A stretch of DNA of 63,958 bases, the filler included, from Octopus bimaculoides (lineage: Eukaryota): NCBI RefSeq assembly GCF_001194135.2. It is 6 parts of 6 records of this genome, joined end to end, with 100 filler letters (N's around TTAATTAATTAA, not from the genome) between each part and the next. Parts side by side here need not be neighbours in the genome. Positions count along the whole stretch, not along the records: positions 45,846 to 59,517 come from NC_068992.1; positions 59,618 to 62,658 come from NC_069008.1; 4 more parts are not named here. One strand, written 5' to 3'. The notes under the pieces were generated by a model. That model ran no database searches. It was not told where the DNA came from and was given only the letters and a program-made list of their open reading frames with translations. Shown here piece after piece: positions 50,036 to 62,758 of the stretch; positions within the stretch are counted from its first letter, which is position 1; each line of letters starts with the position of its first letter. The position numbers were made by a program, and so were the translations under genes.

Positions 50036-51317
50036 ATTTCCGAAAACAATAAAAGAAAAAGAGAATGGCTTTAACTAATTTGCATAAATGATTCAAAAGA
50101 TGAACAAAAGAATGTAAGTCAGAGTAGCTGGTGGCTTGGTATTATACAATAGACAAATAAAGCTATATTGAGTAACCTATGACATAATATTCATTTAATC
50201 TACGGATTTTCACTTGGAGAGAATGTAAACAAATGCCTGCTAGCAAATGCGACTAATTATTTATAAGTAAAGATAACAAAAAGGATCAAGGGTTGTCTGG
50301 GATTCATCTGGCATTGAAGAAACATAGACCTGCTTCCATTATTCTGGGGTCGATCTGGCGCTGTTAACACACGCTCCTGTTTCACAGACCTCATCATATA
50401 TACGCATACCAACATATGTGTGTGTGTGTATATTTGTGCGTGTGTGTTTGCGTGTTTGTGCGTGTGTGTTTGTGTGTGTTTGTATGTATGCATATGTGTG
50501 TATGTGTAGAAGTGTATATATACTACACAGCCACAGCAGGAGATGTATTAGGATATGAAATGTAAAAACCGGACTAGATTATTCTATGCACAACTCCAAT
50601 GCCTCCCGAGACAAAAAGGATGCCAACACAACAACAACGTGTATATNNNNNNNNNNNNNNNNNNNNNNNNNNNNNNNNNNNNNNNNNNNNNNNNNNNNNN
50701 NNNNNNNNNNNNNNNNNNNNNNNNNNNNNNNNNNNNNNNNNNNNNNNNNNNNNNNNNNNNNNNNNNNNNNNNNNNNNNNNNNNNNNNNNNNNNNNNNNNN
50801 NNNNNNNNNNNNNNNNNNNNNNNNNNNNNNNNNNNNNNATATATATATATATAAATGTATGTATATGTTTGCATATGGATGTATACACATATATATGTGT
50901 TTGTGTATATCTCTGCATGTGTGTATATTTGTATCTCTGATTCTCTGTGTATTTATGTATTATCACCAACGTGACAAGTGACATGCCGAGGGAACCGATG
51001 CTATTTAGAAAGCCGTACAAATTCATGCCATTCACCGATCGACTCTCCTTTGACAGTCTTCGCTAAAGAATCATATTTTGTTTACAATACCATTAAGTTC
51101 CTCGCGTTTAGCATTGATTGTTTTCCTTTGTTCTCAATCCCATATGAACACCTCATCTACAGCACAACATGTGATCTCCGTGGCTTATTGCACATTAATG
51201 ACGCCGTAATAGGATTGTTGATCCTTTCAGATAAAACTTCCGTGGTGTCTAGGAATTAATATCAGATCTTCAAAGACCGTTGTAATTAATTTCAGTTACA
51301 TTGAAAACATTAAATAT

Positions 51318-51506
51318 GAGCGGGGATGTATTGTAAGAAGCTTGCTTCCCAACCGCATATTACTGCGTTCAGTTCCATGGCATGGCACTTTAAGCAAGTG
51401 TCTTCTACTATAACTTCGCGTCGACAAAAGCGCCTTCTGAGTGAATTTGGTAGACGAAAAGTGAAAGAGGCCCCTCATATATATATTTATATATATAACA
51501 GTCAGG

Positions 51507-51549
<43 letters not shown>

Positions 51550-51560
51550 TCAATCCGCAT
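51318..51560 (+). mobile_element. SINE family A, 5' half
   Basis: GCTTGCTTCCCAACC..GCAAGTGTCTTCTACTATA..GAGTGAATTTGGTAGACG. Confidence 0.75.
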
Positions 51561-52004
51561 AACTTGAAGTTAAAAATAAATAATGTATGTTCGAGAGACA
51601 GATTTGGACTCTTAAAATATTTCACATAATGAGAAGCAGGACCTCTGAGAGCATAATACACCTTTTCCTGGGTTATGTAGAGAAGGAGGTGGGTCTCTTT
51701 GCGAAGTAACTTTCAGAGACTGATTGTATCCTTTACATCCAGCGCGATTAGTCTGCTGCACGTTTTTCATCTTTTTAGAATATAGATATTAATTAAGGTT
51801 TTTTTATTGACATTTAATTATCAACATAAAAATGTCATCTTAGTTCATTGTACGTATTTCTTAAATTTCGCTAAGAAATTGATATCACTTAAATTTTCCT
51901 ATTGACATTTCATTATTAACGCATAATTATCATCTTATTTTATTACATCATACTTATTGCTATAATATCTCCAAAGAGGAGATCCTCAATTGGTCAAAAC
52001 ATTA

Positions 52005-52244
52005 TCGCAATGTCAATTGGCTGTGTGAAAGAGCAATACTGGCTCCAAAAAACAACACTAAGTAAAATTAATGAGCGGTCACTGCAGTGCCTTACCGGAC
52101 GTCCTTCTCTCCAGGAGAGATGGTAAATTATCCAACAGAATTTCTGAATTTATTCGAGCCTCCAGGACTACCTCCCCACAGACTGCAACTAAAGTGGGGA
52201 CTCCAGTAATGTTATTGAGGAATTTGGATCCACCAACACTCTGT
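52005..52244 (+). mobile_element. Helitron RepHel (PIF1-type helicase) fragment
   Basis: YRNVNWLCERAILAPKNN and NYPTEFLNLFEPPGLPPHRLQL/KVGTPVMLLRNLDPPTLC across frameshifts, a characteristic Helitron helicase segment. Confidence 0.9.
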
Positions 52245-52559
52245 ACGTGTGTGTGGATCCACCAACACGGGGGGGCGCGNNNNNNNNNNNNNNNNNNNNN
52301 NNNNNNNNNNNNNNNNNNNNNNNNNNNNNNNNNNNNNNNNNNNNNNNNNNNNNNNNNNNNNNNNNNNNNNNGGGGGGGGGGGGCGTGTGTGTGTGGGCGT
52401 GTGTGTGTGTGTGTGTGTTTGTGTGTGTATGTATGTATATATATATATATGCTTCTATGTATATATTCATATATACTTGGGTGGGGTTGTAAGTGTGTGT
52501 TTGTTTGTGTGTGTGAGAGAGAGAGATAGAGTTTGTGTGTGTCTGGTGTATGTCCTTGT

Positions 52560-52770
52560 GTCTGAAATTGTACTCCATCACTGCTTGACAATTGGTGTTG
52601 GGGTGTCAAAGTCCATGCCACGTTCCATATTCGTTCCATGCCCTGTACAAAGGCTTCGAAGGCACAAATACAGGGGGAGGGGGTCGATTCATTTGGCTAA
52701 AAGTTCTTCAAGGCGGTTCCCCCAGCAATAGCCACAGTATAATGACTGAAACAAGTAAAAGATAAGATAT
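52560..52770 (+). mobile_element. SINE family A, 3' half, degenerate
   Basis: CTGCTTGACAA..TTCAAGGCGG..AATGACTGAAACAAGTAAAAGATAAG. Confidence 0.55.
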
Positions 52771-53617
52771 ATTGTGACTTTAAAACTATATCTATCAAGG
52801 ATATAACTGCTAATCTCAACCTGTAAATCACTAAATAATATTATGTTGATAGTCATAGGAAAAACAAACCGGTGTTACTAAACCAAACTTCATGTAAAAT
52901 GTCTCTTCTCGCTACAAATTTGTTGTACCGATTGATTACGGAACATTTTTCAGTGTGAAGAGAAAGCCAGTATATTACATAAATCCTCCCAAAATACAAT
53001 GCTTCAATCATTGATTCCAATTTATATAAATCCCCCAAGTACACACACTTCTCAATGGCTTCAATAATTTCTTTATCTCACTTACATATACCGAAATAAC
53101 ATCACTTTGTACACATACACACAGGCACCACACACTCTCACGCGCGCATATACGATAACATGCGTACTTATACACACTCACACGCACACACGGACAGACA
53201 CGTATATAATAGATGTAGTTTAGTTACACGGATAAAAATAGATTATTCAATACGTACCACGTAGACTCAAACATATTAATAAAGTGAGACATTCCTATAT
53301 AAATATATATCATTACTTATTGTTTGATGCCGAGTTCATTAATAAATAAATTATTTTGGCATGAATATCTGAGTAAAAATATACATTCTAAATATACTTC
53401 TTTGAAGTTAGACACTTTTCACATATATATATATATATATATATACATACATACATACGTGTGTGTGCGTGTGTGTGTGTGTATGTGTGTGTGTGTGTGT
53501 CTGTGTGTGTTTGTGTGTGTATGTGTGTGAAACATACTTTATAACTGATTTTTGACTTGAAAATGGTCAAAATATCAGTTATTATATGACATTGCATATT
53601 CTATATATATTTTACTA

Positions 53618-53747
53618 TTCAAGGCACAAGGACCGAATTTTTTTTTGGGGGGGGAGTCGATTAGATCGACCCCAGTACGCAACTGGTGCTTAATTTATGA
53701 ACCCCGAAAGGATGAAAGGCAAAGTCGACCTCGGCGGGATTTGAACT
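53618..53747 (-). mobile_element. SINE family B lacking its head
   Basis: AGGCACAAGG..GAAAGGATGAAAGGCAAAGTCGACCTCGGCGGGATTTGAACT. Confidence 0.88.
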
Positions 53748-53749
53748 AC

Positions 53750-54232
53750 GTGTCACCTTGGGCAAATGTCTTCTATCTCCTCAGGCCGACCAAAGCCTTG
53801 TGAGTGGATTCGTTACACGTAAACTGAAGGAAGCCCGTCGTATATATGTAGGTGTATGTATCTGTGTGTCTGTATGTCTGTGTGTGTGTGTGTATACAAA
53901 AATGTATATGTATGTATGTATATATGTATATATATATATGTGTATATATATATATATGTATATATGTGTGTATATATATGTATATATGTATATATATGTG
54001 TTTGTGTGTCTATATGTTTATATGTATGTGTTTGTTGCCCACCACCCTTCATAATTGATGCTAGTGTGTATATATTCTCGTAACTTAGCGGTTCGTTATA
54101 TGGGAACTGCTACAATGAGTGCCAGGTTTTGAAATTCGAGTGCGAAGATCAATGTGTTTGACTGGAATTTCTTCAGGTGGTGCCCCAGTGTGGCCGCAAT
54201 ATCATGACTGAAATGTGTAAAACATAAAAGAT
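53750..54232 (+). mobile_element. SINE family A lacking its head, with long internal AT/GT tract
   Basis: CACCTTGGGCAAATGTCTTC..GCCGACCAAAGCCTTGTGAGTGGA..CTTAGCGGTTCG..GGCCGCAAT..ATGACTGAAA. Confidence 0.85.
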
Positions 54233-55504
54233 ATGTGTGTGAGAGTGTGTTAGTGTGTGTGTTTACAATAGAGGGTCAAACTTTCATCAACAGAACAGGG
54301 TACGCCAAACCCAAGAAATGTGGGGTCAAAGAGGAAGACAATAGGACTTTTTGTTTGCTTAAAATGTGGCCTTTATTTCATCTGCTCTGCTGATGGAATG
54401 TACAATAAGAGCAACCGAGAATTACATTGCTAAAAGCTTTCTTCCGTTAGGGTGACACCAGTTTTCATGATCTGGGATACAATCGCGCACACCAGTTGGT
54501 ATAGTTTGATCAGAAGATTCATGAGAGCAGATACTTGCAAAGACGTACTTTACCCGAATCTGCTACTCGAAGATTCCATTGCCGCATTCATCACCACCAC
54601 TGCCCTCCCCTCACTTCTTTCTTTTTATATGTATTTCTCAGCCTCTAACTTCTTCACTATTTTTCATTTTGTCAGAGAGAAACAGAGTGAAACCGAGGAA
54701 AATCCTAAGAAGAGATTGTAAACAGATTTTTGACATGAGATTAAGAAATCTATGTTATCGTGTGCGTATGTAGTTATTTGTTATTTGTTCTCCCTTTTAA
54801 CTTTCTGTCTTACTTCGTCTTCCCTGACAGAGAGATGGGCGTGATTTGGTGGAAATTTATCTACTATTCCTTAAAGCAAAGTTTTATTAGAAACTTACTT
54901 ATGAGATGATGAATACTGATTTGTGTTTTATAGTTTTCTTTTATAATGCGGGTATAGACACAAGATACCGCTCGGTAATATTTGTGTGTTTATGTATACG
55001 TGAATGTATGAGAAACTGTGTCTATGTATGTTTGTATGTATATCTGATCAGTTGTTATCATTGACATTTTTACATACACTTATAATGGTATATACACACG
55101 CACGTTCTCATTGTCACACACGCGTGCCTATATACTATATACTAACACAAGCCTATACACATTCACACGTCACATCGATGTTACTGAATATATGAATGCA
55201 TATGTGTCTGCGTGTGACGACTGTAGCAGTCTTTCAGCCGACTATTTTTTTTTATTGATTTGTGATCGAATCAGCTTTGGGGATTAACGTCATATTTGTC
55301 AGTTTTACAATCAGTCCGATTGTTTCCCTAGTGCATGTTAATACGACCTATATCTAAATTACGTCAGAACATGCTTGCATTTATTTATTGTAGATATGTG
55401 TGGAGCAGATTCTATCTCGCTTCTCTTTCGTAGTTCTATTTTCTTAATAATCGCTACGTAAGTACCTTTTCCCTCTCTTCTATGCAACAAAATACTACTG
55501 GTTT

Positions 55505-55625
55505 ATGTAATGCATTTCGGATCGCAAGTCCGTGGGCTCGGTTCGAGGCCCGAACAAACTGTTGCATTCTTAATCAAAACACTCCATCGTACGTCGTGCC
55601 AGTCGACTCAATTGTAAATGAGTTG
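55505..55625 (+). mobile_element. SINE family C-like head, degenerate
   Basis: GATCGCAAG..GGTTCGAGGCCCG..CAAAACACT..CCAGTCGACTC..AAATGAGT. Confidence 0.55.
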
Positions 55626-55910
55626 CGTTTCAATGAAATCGAGTCGAGTTCAGTTAAAATGCTATAAACATGGTAATTTATGCGCCAGGGAGACCAGGCT
55701 GTCTGAGTCCAAGGCCACGAGTCAGTAAATGCTCAGAAGCTGATTATGAGAATGAAAGTATGTACAAAGTTTTCCTTATGTCCAACGACTGATGTATTTT
55801 CATGGGCTAAATGCTGTCAGAAGCGATGATTACTAAAACTATAATCCAGACATTTATTTTAATTTGTCACTTATAGAATAATAATTTTGATATGTCCAGT
55901 AAAATACGGC

Positions 55911-56103
55911 TTTCAAATTTTGGAAAAAGCCAGCAATTTCGGGAGTCGGAACAAGTCAATAACATCGATCCCAGTGCTCAACTGGTACATATTTTATCGA
56001 CACTAAAAGGATGTAATGTACAGTTGACCTCGGCGTGATTTGAACTCAGAAATGCCGCTATGCATTTTACCCGGCGTGGTAACAATGCTGCCAGCTCCCC
56101 GCC
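55911..56103 (-). mobile_element. SINE family B
   Basis: CAAATTTTGG..GCCAGCAATTTC..CTGGTAC..GTTGACCTCGGCG..TTTGAACTCAG..TGCCAGCTC. Confidence 0.8.
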
Positions 56104-56539
56104 TTTCCTATTGAGCAAAATATTAATGCAAGAAAAAGGCATCGGAGGAGCGATGCATACTCTGCCCGCAGATACATCTTTTCGCAAATTATAGTGTGGT
56201 TTACAATGCGTTGCTTACACATGCATTTAAACCTAACTGTTTTTTTTTTCTTTTTAAGGATCACCAGTATTTTCATACCCCGGTGAAATTAAGAAATCGA
56301 CCCGTGAATAGACAAAACCCTCGAATCCATCAGTGTACACAGACACATACACAAACACACACAGACACAGTCGCTTATCTATGTATATATTTATGTATGT
56401 GTGTATGTACGCACACATGTCTACGTGCATAGGTACTCCTTGTTCTATAGAAACGCAGACGAGGGTCGATTCATATGAAAAAGAAAGTGAACAAAATGAT
56501 ATGACCACTTGCTGATCAGGAAATTAGTAAGTTCGAGTT

Positions 56540-56745
56540 TTTTAATGTTATTTAATTTTTTTCTTAAGATAATCAAACCAAATGTTCATCATTTCGAGCC
56601 ATTCACCCTCTGAGAATTTTTACCAACTGTTGTGAATATCCGTACAGCCGTTTTCCAGCAATTTTTCGAACACACCGACACACAGACTAAGACGAGTGTT
56701 TAAAATACCCAGTTTTCGCTTACACGCACAGGGTAATAATAGATA
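56540..56745 (+). mobile_element. Possible Helentron-associated (HINE/DINE-1-like) non-autonomous element
   Basis: ..AATATCCGTACAGCCGTTTT..ACACACAGAC.. followed by a 3' hairpin-like ACCCC..GGGT; recalled architecture only. Confidence 0.35.
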
Positions 56746-57292
56746 TCTATTTAATGGTATTGAACTTTGAACATCAAAATCAATAACAAATTAGAAATTA
56801 TATTTAAACTAAGCATTTTGTTGAAATAAGAGCCGTGTTCATAATCATATTTCATTGTTATTCGAAATTATTTCAATACAATTTTCTGAAGAAGTCCTCG
56901 AAACAAAATGAAAATGCGTGGCACCTACCCACAGGGGTCAATCTAATCGAACAACTACTAGCCATTTCTTCTTAGACAATTTAATGACTATTACAGTTTC
57001 CATCCCACACGTGTTTCTATCAATATTTATCCACCAAATCTGGTTCATTTTTATCGGAGAGGATAAAACTGGAGCATAAAGCATCATAGTCTACCCGGAA
57101 ATTAAATTGAGTTTATTCGCAGCTCTTTTTACAAAACGCCAAGATACATCGTCAAATTCAAAGAAGTTCTAAAACCGAGTTAAATCGAAATCAACCAAAC
57201 TTGTTTACCCAGATATAGTTGAAATGTGCAATCTATGCACATTTCACGTGAAGTTAATATTGCATACTTGTTAAAAAAATAATTTTATCGTA

Positions 57293-57706
57293 CAGAAGTG
57301 GCTGCGTGGTAAGTAGCTTGCTTACCAACCACATGGTTCTGGGTTCAGTGCCATTGTGTGGCATCTTGGGCAAGTGTCTTCTACTATAGCCTCGGGCCGA
57401 CCAAAACCCTGTGAGTGGATTTAGTAGACGGAAACTGAAAGAAGCCCATCGTATATATGTATATATATATATATATAAGTGTGTGTATGTTTCTGTGTCT
57501 GTGTCTGTCCCCCTAGCATTGTTTGACAACCGATGCTGGTGTGTTATCTCCCCGTAACTTAGCGGTACGGCAAAAGAGACGGATAGAATAAGTACTAGGC
57601 TTACAAAGAATAAGTCCCGGTGTCGATTTGTTTGACTAAAGGCTGTGCTCCAGCATGGCCATAGTCAAATGACTGAAACAAGTAAGAGACTAAGAGACTA
57701 AGAGAG
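57293..57706 (+). mobile_element. SINE family A, full length, CpGs retained
   Basis: All family A blocks; tail (TAAGAGAC)n. Confidence 0.95.
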
Positions 57707-58189
57707 TATACATGTTGACTACTCCCAAGATATATAAGGTTGTTGATAGTGTATGATGTCCCATTCATAAAAGCGGAATGAGTTAAGACTAAGATCAAGA
57801 AGTATCTACGAGTGTGATTAATGATACGACCAAGCTTCACCTTAGTACACCTGATCAGGATAGCCAACAAATCTGTTTTTTATGCATGTCGTAGTAATTC
57901 AATGTAGCAGTCACTCGTACAGAAATTTTCAACTTAAGCGTGTTACATTTGCACGCGTCACTACAAAGTGGACCACTGACACTAGGCGCGCGCATGCTCA
58001 ATAAGCTGATTGTGTGTGACACCATTTCAGTGGCAGAGAACAACAGATTCTCGATGGTTCGAATCCCTACAACGATGGTTATCAGCTACCCAGGAAAGGA
58101 GATTGATAATATAGGCCAACGTATAGTGCCGGGGTACAAGTGAATAAAATCATAGAGCTACTATCCCAGGGGAGCCTGAAACAAATAGG

Positions 58190-58360
58190 ACATTCCCCAA
58201 AAGGAAGACAACAAGAGCTGACGTGTAAAGTGTTCCTCTTAATGCGCGTGGTGCATGGCACACTTCCAACGCAAAATATTCTACATAGGTTTAGCATAAG
58301 ATGAGAGCAATTGTATAGGCTATATACTAAGAGGTACACACTGGTGAGCATATTGTTATA
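58190..58360 (+). mobile_element. Possible L1/Tx1-type 3' zinc-knuckle remnant
   Basis: MRVVHGTLPTQNILHRFSI resembles WR..H..LPT..L; the cysteines are not visible. Confidence 0.28.
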
Positions 58361-59617
58361 CAGTAAAACCACTCTTAACCAAGGACGATGCTCGTGACAT
58401 CTGTTCAAACATTGAAGCAAAGGAGGATGTATGAAACGCCAATCAAATGCTTGAGGGAAGGATAAATGATGACGACCATAAGTAGAAAACAAGCAGTTTA
58501 CTTCAGAAGCTTGAGTCACGATATATAAACATAGACGTTTCAATTTTGTCTCGTCATCTAAACAAACCAGATACTGAATGTGGAAGAGTATTATAAGAAG
58601 ACAAAAATATAATTATTACATGTGAAGAAGGGTGTGATCAAACATTTCAGTAGAAAAGTGTCAAGTATAGAACGTTTTGCAGGATTATTCAGAGAAGGAA
58701 TGAGAGGTGTGACTGTTCCCAGTCGAATTTAGCAATAGAAGATTTCCTGCGCAGTCAGTGTTCAAATGTCTTATAGCCAAAGGAAAATTAAACGAGAAAA
58801 AGGCAACTAATTGCAGGATCTGAAAAACAGCAAAACAGAATCTATTTCTCGCTATAAACAAGGAGAGATGAGATAAGCTGTAATAGGAGCGCATTAGGAT
58901 TAGTTTGCTCAACAATTTCAGCATGCTGAAGAGAGCGTATTACTCTGCAGAGTCAAAACAACCACAAGTTTGTTCATTCTGTCCATTCGAGGCTACAATC
59001 AACGTAGACGCAGGAGGGCGATGTTTGCGTCTTAAGTGTGTATCTACCTAACTAACTATCAATCTATCTATCAATCAATCTATCTATTTATCTCGCTTTG
59101 TATGTATGTATCCATCTATCTATCTATCTATCTAGATAAATAGATTGATAGAGAGAGAGAAAGAGAGAGAGTGACAGAGATCGAGGGATAGATTGATAGG
59201 CAGGCGAAAAAATTGAAAGATTGATAAATAGCTACATAGACACACATAAATAGATCGATATAGGTATATTCGCCAATATATGCATATATGTGAACACTAT
59301 AAAGAATACAGATTAGTCTTGTATTATTACAGTAAGCTACTTACAAATTTTTGTAAAATATTCTATGGATGATAGATTATCGTAGATTATAAATTCACTG
59401 ACATGCTGACATACAATGTTATCTGAAATCTCGATTATTATAACATGCAAGTCACGATTTTTTTCGATTTCCACGTGAGTGCATGTATGTGTATATATAT
59501 ATATACATATATATATANNNNNNNNNNNNNNNNNNNNNNNNNNNNNNNNNNNNNNNNNNNNTTAATTAATTAANNNNNNNNNNNNNNNNNNNNNNNNNNN
59601 NNNNNNNNNNNNNNNNN

Positions 59618-60430
59618 TTCTTCCATTTCTCGCCGAGTGTTTTCCGTACACCTAGGGCAGAGAAACTCATTGTATGCATTCCCAGTTTACACACGCAAAT
59701 TCACAGGTAAAATATGTATTAAAAAAAAAAAAATCATGAATGGATGTTGTTTTCACAGCGATAATGCTCTTCTCAGTACATGAGTCGTTCCAGTTAACAC
59801 AATTTTTTGCACTTCCTGTAGGGATGGTAAGCCTGGTATCATTTTCAAATAGGTTTCAGTACCTTTTTTTATCATTCCTAGAGATCCTACAATCACTGGT
59901 ACGGTAGTCGCCTTGAGGTGCCACATTTTTTCAATTTCTATTAGCAAGTCTTTATATTTACTGATCTTGTCAAATTCTTTCACTACTATATTATGATCAC
60001 TGGGAATACTCATGTCAATTAATAAATACGTCTTCTTTGTCTGAAGTCCCAGAGAATCGATACATTTTCTCCCTCAGTCACAGCTTCAGGATGGTGTTTA
60101 TACCATTTGTCAGCAGTTTTGATTTTATAATGCTGGCATATTGTCCAGTGTAAATACTGGCCAACTCTGTCATGTCTTGCTTTATATTCTACAGGTGCTA
60201 AGACTCTACACCCTGAGATTAGGTGGTCTATAGTTTCAATCGCATCATTACAGAATCGGCATTTTGGGTCAGCTCCATTTTTTTATCACATTGGCTTGGT
60301 AGTTCCGGGTTAATAAGCTTTGGTCTTGAGCAGCCAATATGAAACCTTCACTCTCTGCTTTTAGCCCTGAACTTTGTAACCACTGATGCGTGTGTTTCTG
60401 GTCAACATCAGCTTGTTTTTTTGCTTTTTT
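59618..60430 (-). mobile_element. R4/Dong-clade LINE family 2, 3' part with short internal deletion
   Basis: WLQSSGLKAESEGFILAAQDQSLLTRNY..CRFCNDAIETIDHLISGC..RHDRVGQYLHW..ILWDF / LLIDMSIPSDHNI..KISKYKDL..PVIVGSLG..QKIVLTGTTHVLRRALSL*, then 3' UTR. Confidence 0.93.
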
Positions 60431-60727
60431 CTCTCTTTTTCAATATTCAATTAAAAGAAAAGATATGTAGTTACCAACAATGTTAAAACTTTTTTAACTT
60501 GATTGAACTTGTCATTGAATCAAGATTTTAATTTCGTTTGATACACACTTTGCTATCATTTATATGGAGAATTGCAAGCATGGCATATAAAGATAACTTA
60601 TTTTAATAGAAATTTTGAGTACATTTCTGTAAATATTTTTCTTGCACACCAACACCTCCCACTACATATACACACCTGTACATAAACACACCCAGATACA
60701 CATGGGTAAAGTCCCATTTTGGAAGTA

Positions 60728-61066
60728 TTATTCTTTTATTCTTTTACTTGTTTCAGTCACTCCCAGCACTTATTCTTTGTAAGCTTAGTATATATTCTAT
60801 CAGTCTCTTTTGCTGAACTACTAAATTACAGAGACGTAAACACCCCAACATTGGTTGTCTAGCAATGGTAGGTGAAGGGACAAACACAAATACATGCATG
60901 TATATAAATACACAACAAGCTTCTTTCAATTTCTGTGTACCAAATCCACTCACAAGGCTTTGGTCAGCCTGAGGCTTTAGTAGAAAACACTTGCCCAAGG
61001 TACTACACAGTGGGACTGAACTGGAACCATGTGGTTGGGAAGCATGCTTCTTACCACAGAGCCATG
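60728..61066 (-). mobile_element. SINE family A with systematic CpG loss
   Basis: Collinear with 28977-29400 but CpGs read TG or CA. Confidence 0.9.
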
Positions 61067-61694
61067 TTAAAGTTTTTATTATTTCAGAATGAAGAATACA
61101 AACATAGGTGCTGAGCCAGTGACTAAACTCGCATTATTTTGTTGAGATTAATCCAATGAAAAAACAGAATCAGATGAAAAAACAAAACCGACATATATGA
61201 CAAGTACATAAAATATATTTCTGTGTACTTCTTTCTTTGTTCATTCGGATAAGCTGTAGAAATTGTTGCACGCACGCGCACACAAACACAAAAATTCTCC
61301 AGCCATTTAGCTGTTATTTTTAGCATATCGAGTTTTGTGGTGAGGGCTTCACATGCTGTGGTCCTTTTGCTCTTTCACTATAAATCTACGCATGCAGAAA
61401 TGGACGAAACAGTCGTTCATTTTCACTTTTAGACAACAGGATGGGGTGTGGATCAATTTTGGAGATTTTCATAAAAAATTTGAAATTAAAATTTGTTTCC
61501 CCATCCATATTCTTAATCTCCATATTTTTCCCTGTAGACTGAAAAAAATTTTGAAAAAATGTCAAAGATTAAAAATTAGTGGGGAATTAATAATTCTGAA
61601 AATGTGTTTTTTTGCATATTCAGAATCTTTGTCATCAAAAACATAGGAATCTGGTGAAAAAAAAAATTGGAAAGGTCTGCTGAGAGATGTATAC

Positions 61695-61850
61695 ATCATC
61701 ATCTTCATTTAACGCCCATTCTGGCATGGGTTGGACAGTCTGACAGGATCCAGCAAAGTTGCAGGGCCTTGTTGGTGTCCTTTATCATGCCAACCACTTT
61801 ACAGTAAATACTGAGCACCATTTTTCATGCCACCAGGACATGGCTACTCC
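61695..61850 (-). mobile_element. RTE-tail-type repeat 3' end with (ATG)n tail
   Basis: CATCATCATCTTCATTTAACGCCC..GCATGGGTTGGAC..ATGCCAACCACTTTAC; recalled RTE-partner 3' end. Confidence 0.5.
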
Positions 61851-62758
61851 ACATCATGTAAGGGTGTGAGAGTAGCTAGAAAGAAGATACAGATCTTAGT
61901 AATGGGGTGCCAGAGCATACTCTCAAGGTATAAGAAGGTAAGTATCAGAGAAGGTGTGAACAATGGATCAGGATAAGTAGTTTCATAAAAGCATTAATGG
62001 AAAGTAACAGATGGTTAAATATGTGGTTAGAAGTGAATGTAGTGAGTAATGAAGGAGGGTGGAGAGGTGATTAATGCAATGTATGTGACTGTGTGTGGAT
62101 ATGCATGTGTGTCCATGCATACGAACGGGCACAAATGTTGATATTCCGTGGCTTATCAGCATTTGAATTTAACAGTGGTGACATTTACAATGCTTGGTAA
62201 CTTTGTACTTTCAAAGGATTGCAGAATCCTTTTCTTAAAAACAGATAAGAATGGATGACAAGAGCATTTAGCCATAAGTGTGTCTTTTTGAATTAAGTCC
62301 TTGTCCAACTCTTCATAGCATATAAAAAGTGACATTAAACAGAACAAATGCACACACACACACACACCACATGAATACCTACATATATGATCCACTTCAT
62401 CGTTTTGACATCCATTCTTCAATACTTACATGAGTCACATGAGATTTCTTTGAGGCAGAATTTCTATTGCTTGATACTCTTCCTGACAGCAAACCTCATC
62501 TGTTTCCAAGCAAGGTAATTATTCCCCATCTTGGTTGAACGGCAAACGTCTTGGGCATGGTTGCATGAAGAATTGTAAATAAATGTCACTCTATAAATGA
62601 AGACTATCTGCAATCAGTATACACAAGTCGAGACAAGAAAAAACATTCTTTCCCTCCCNNNNNNNNNNNNNNNNNNNNNNNNNNNNNNNNNNNNNNNNNN
62701 NNTTAATTAATTAANNNNNNNNNNNNNNNNNNNNNNNNNNNNNNNNNNNNNNNNNNNN

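Noticed and set aside
2448-50981. Long ORFs made of X, or of YI/VC/TH/poly-E/poly-M/poly-S runs
   Set aside because: Artefacts of N gaps and microsatellites; no domain content.
54290-54720. Possible transposase remnant (WCHPNGRKLL, minus)
   Set aside because: No second motif and no family I can assign.
56881-56910. CTGAAGAAGTCCTCGAAAC hammerhead-like string
   Set aside because: No UH triplet after GAAAC and negligible stem II.
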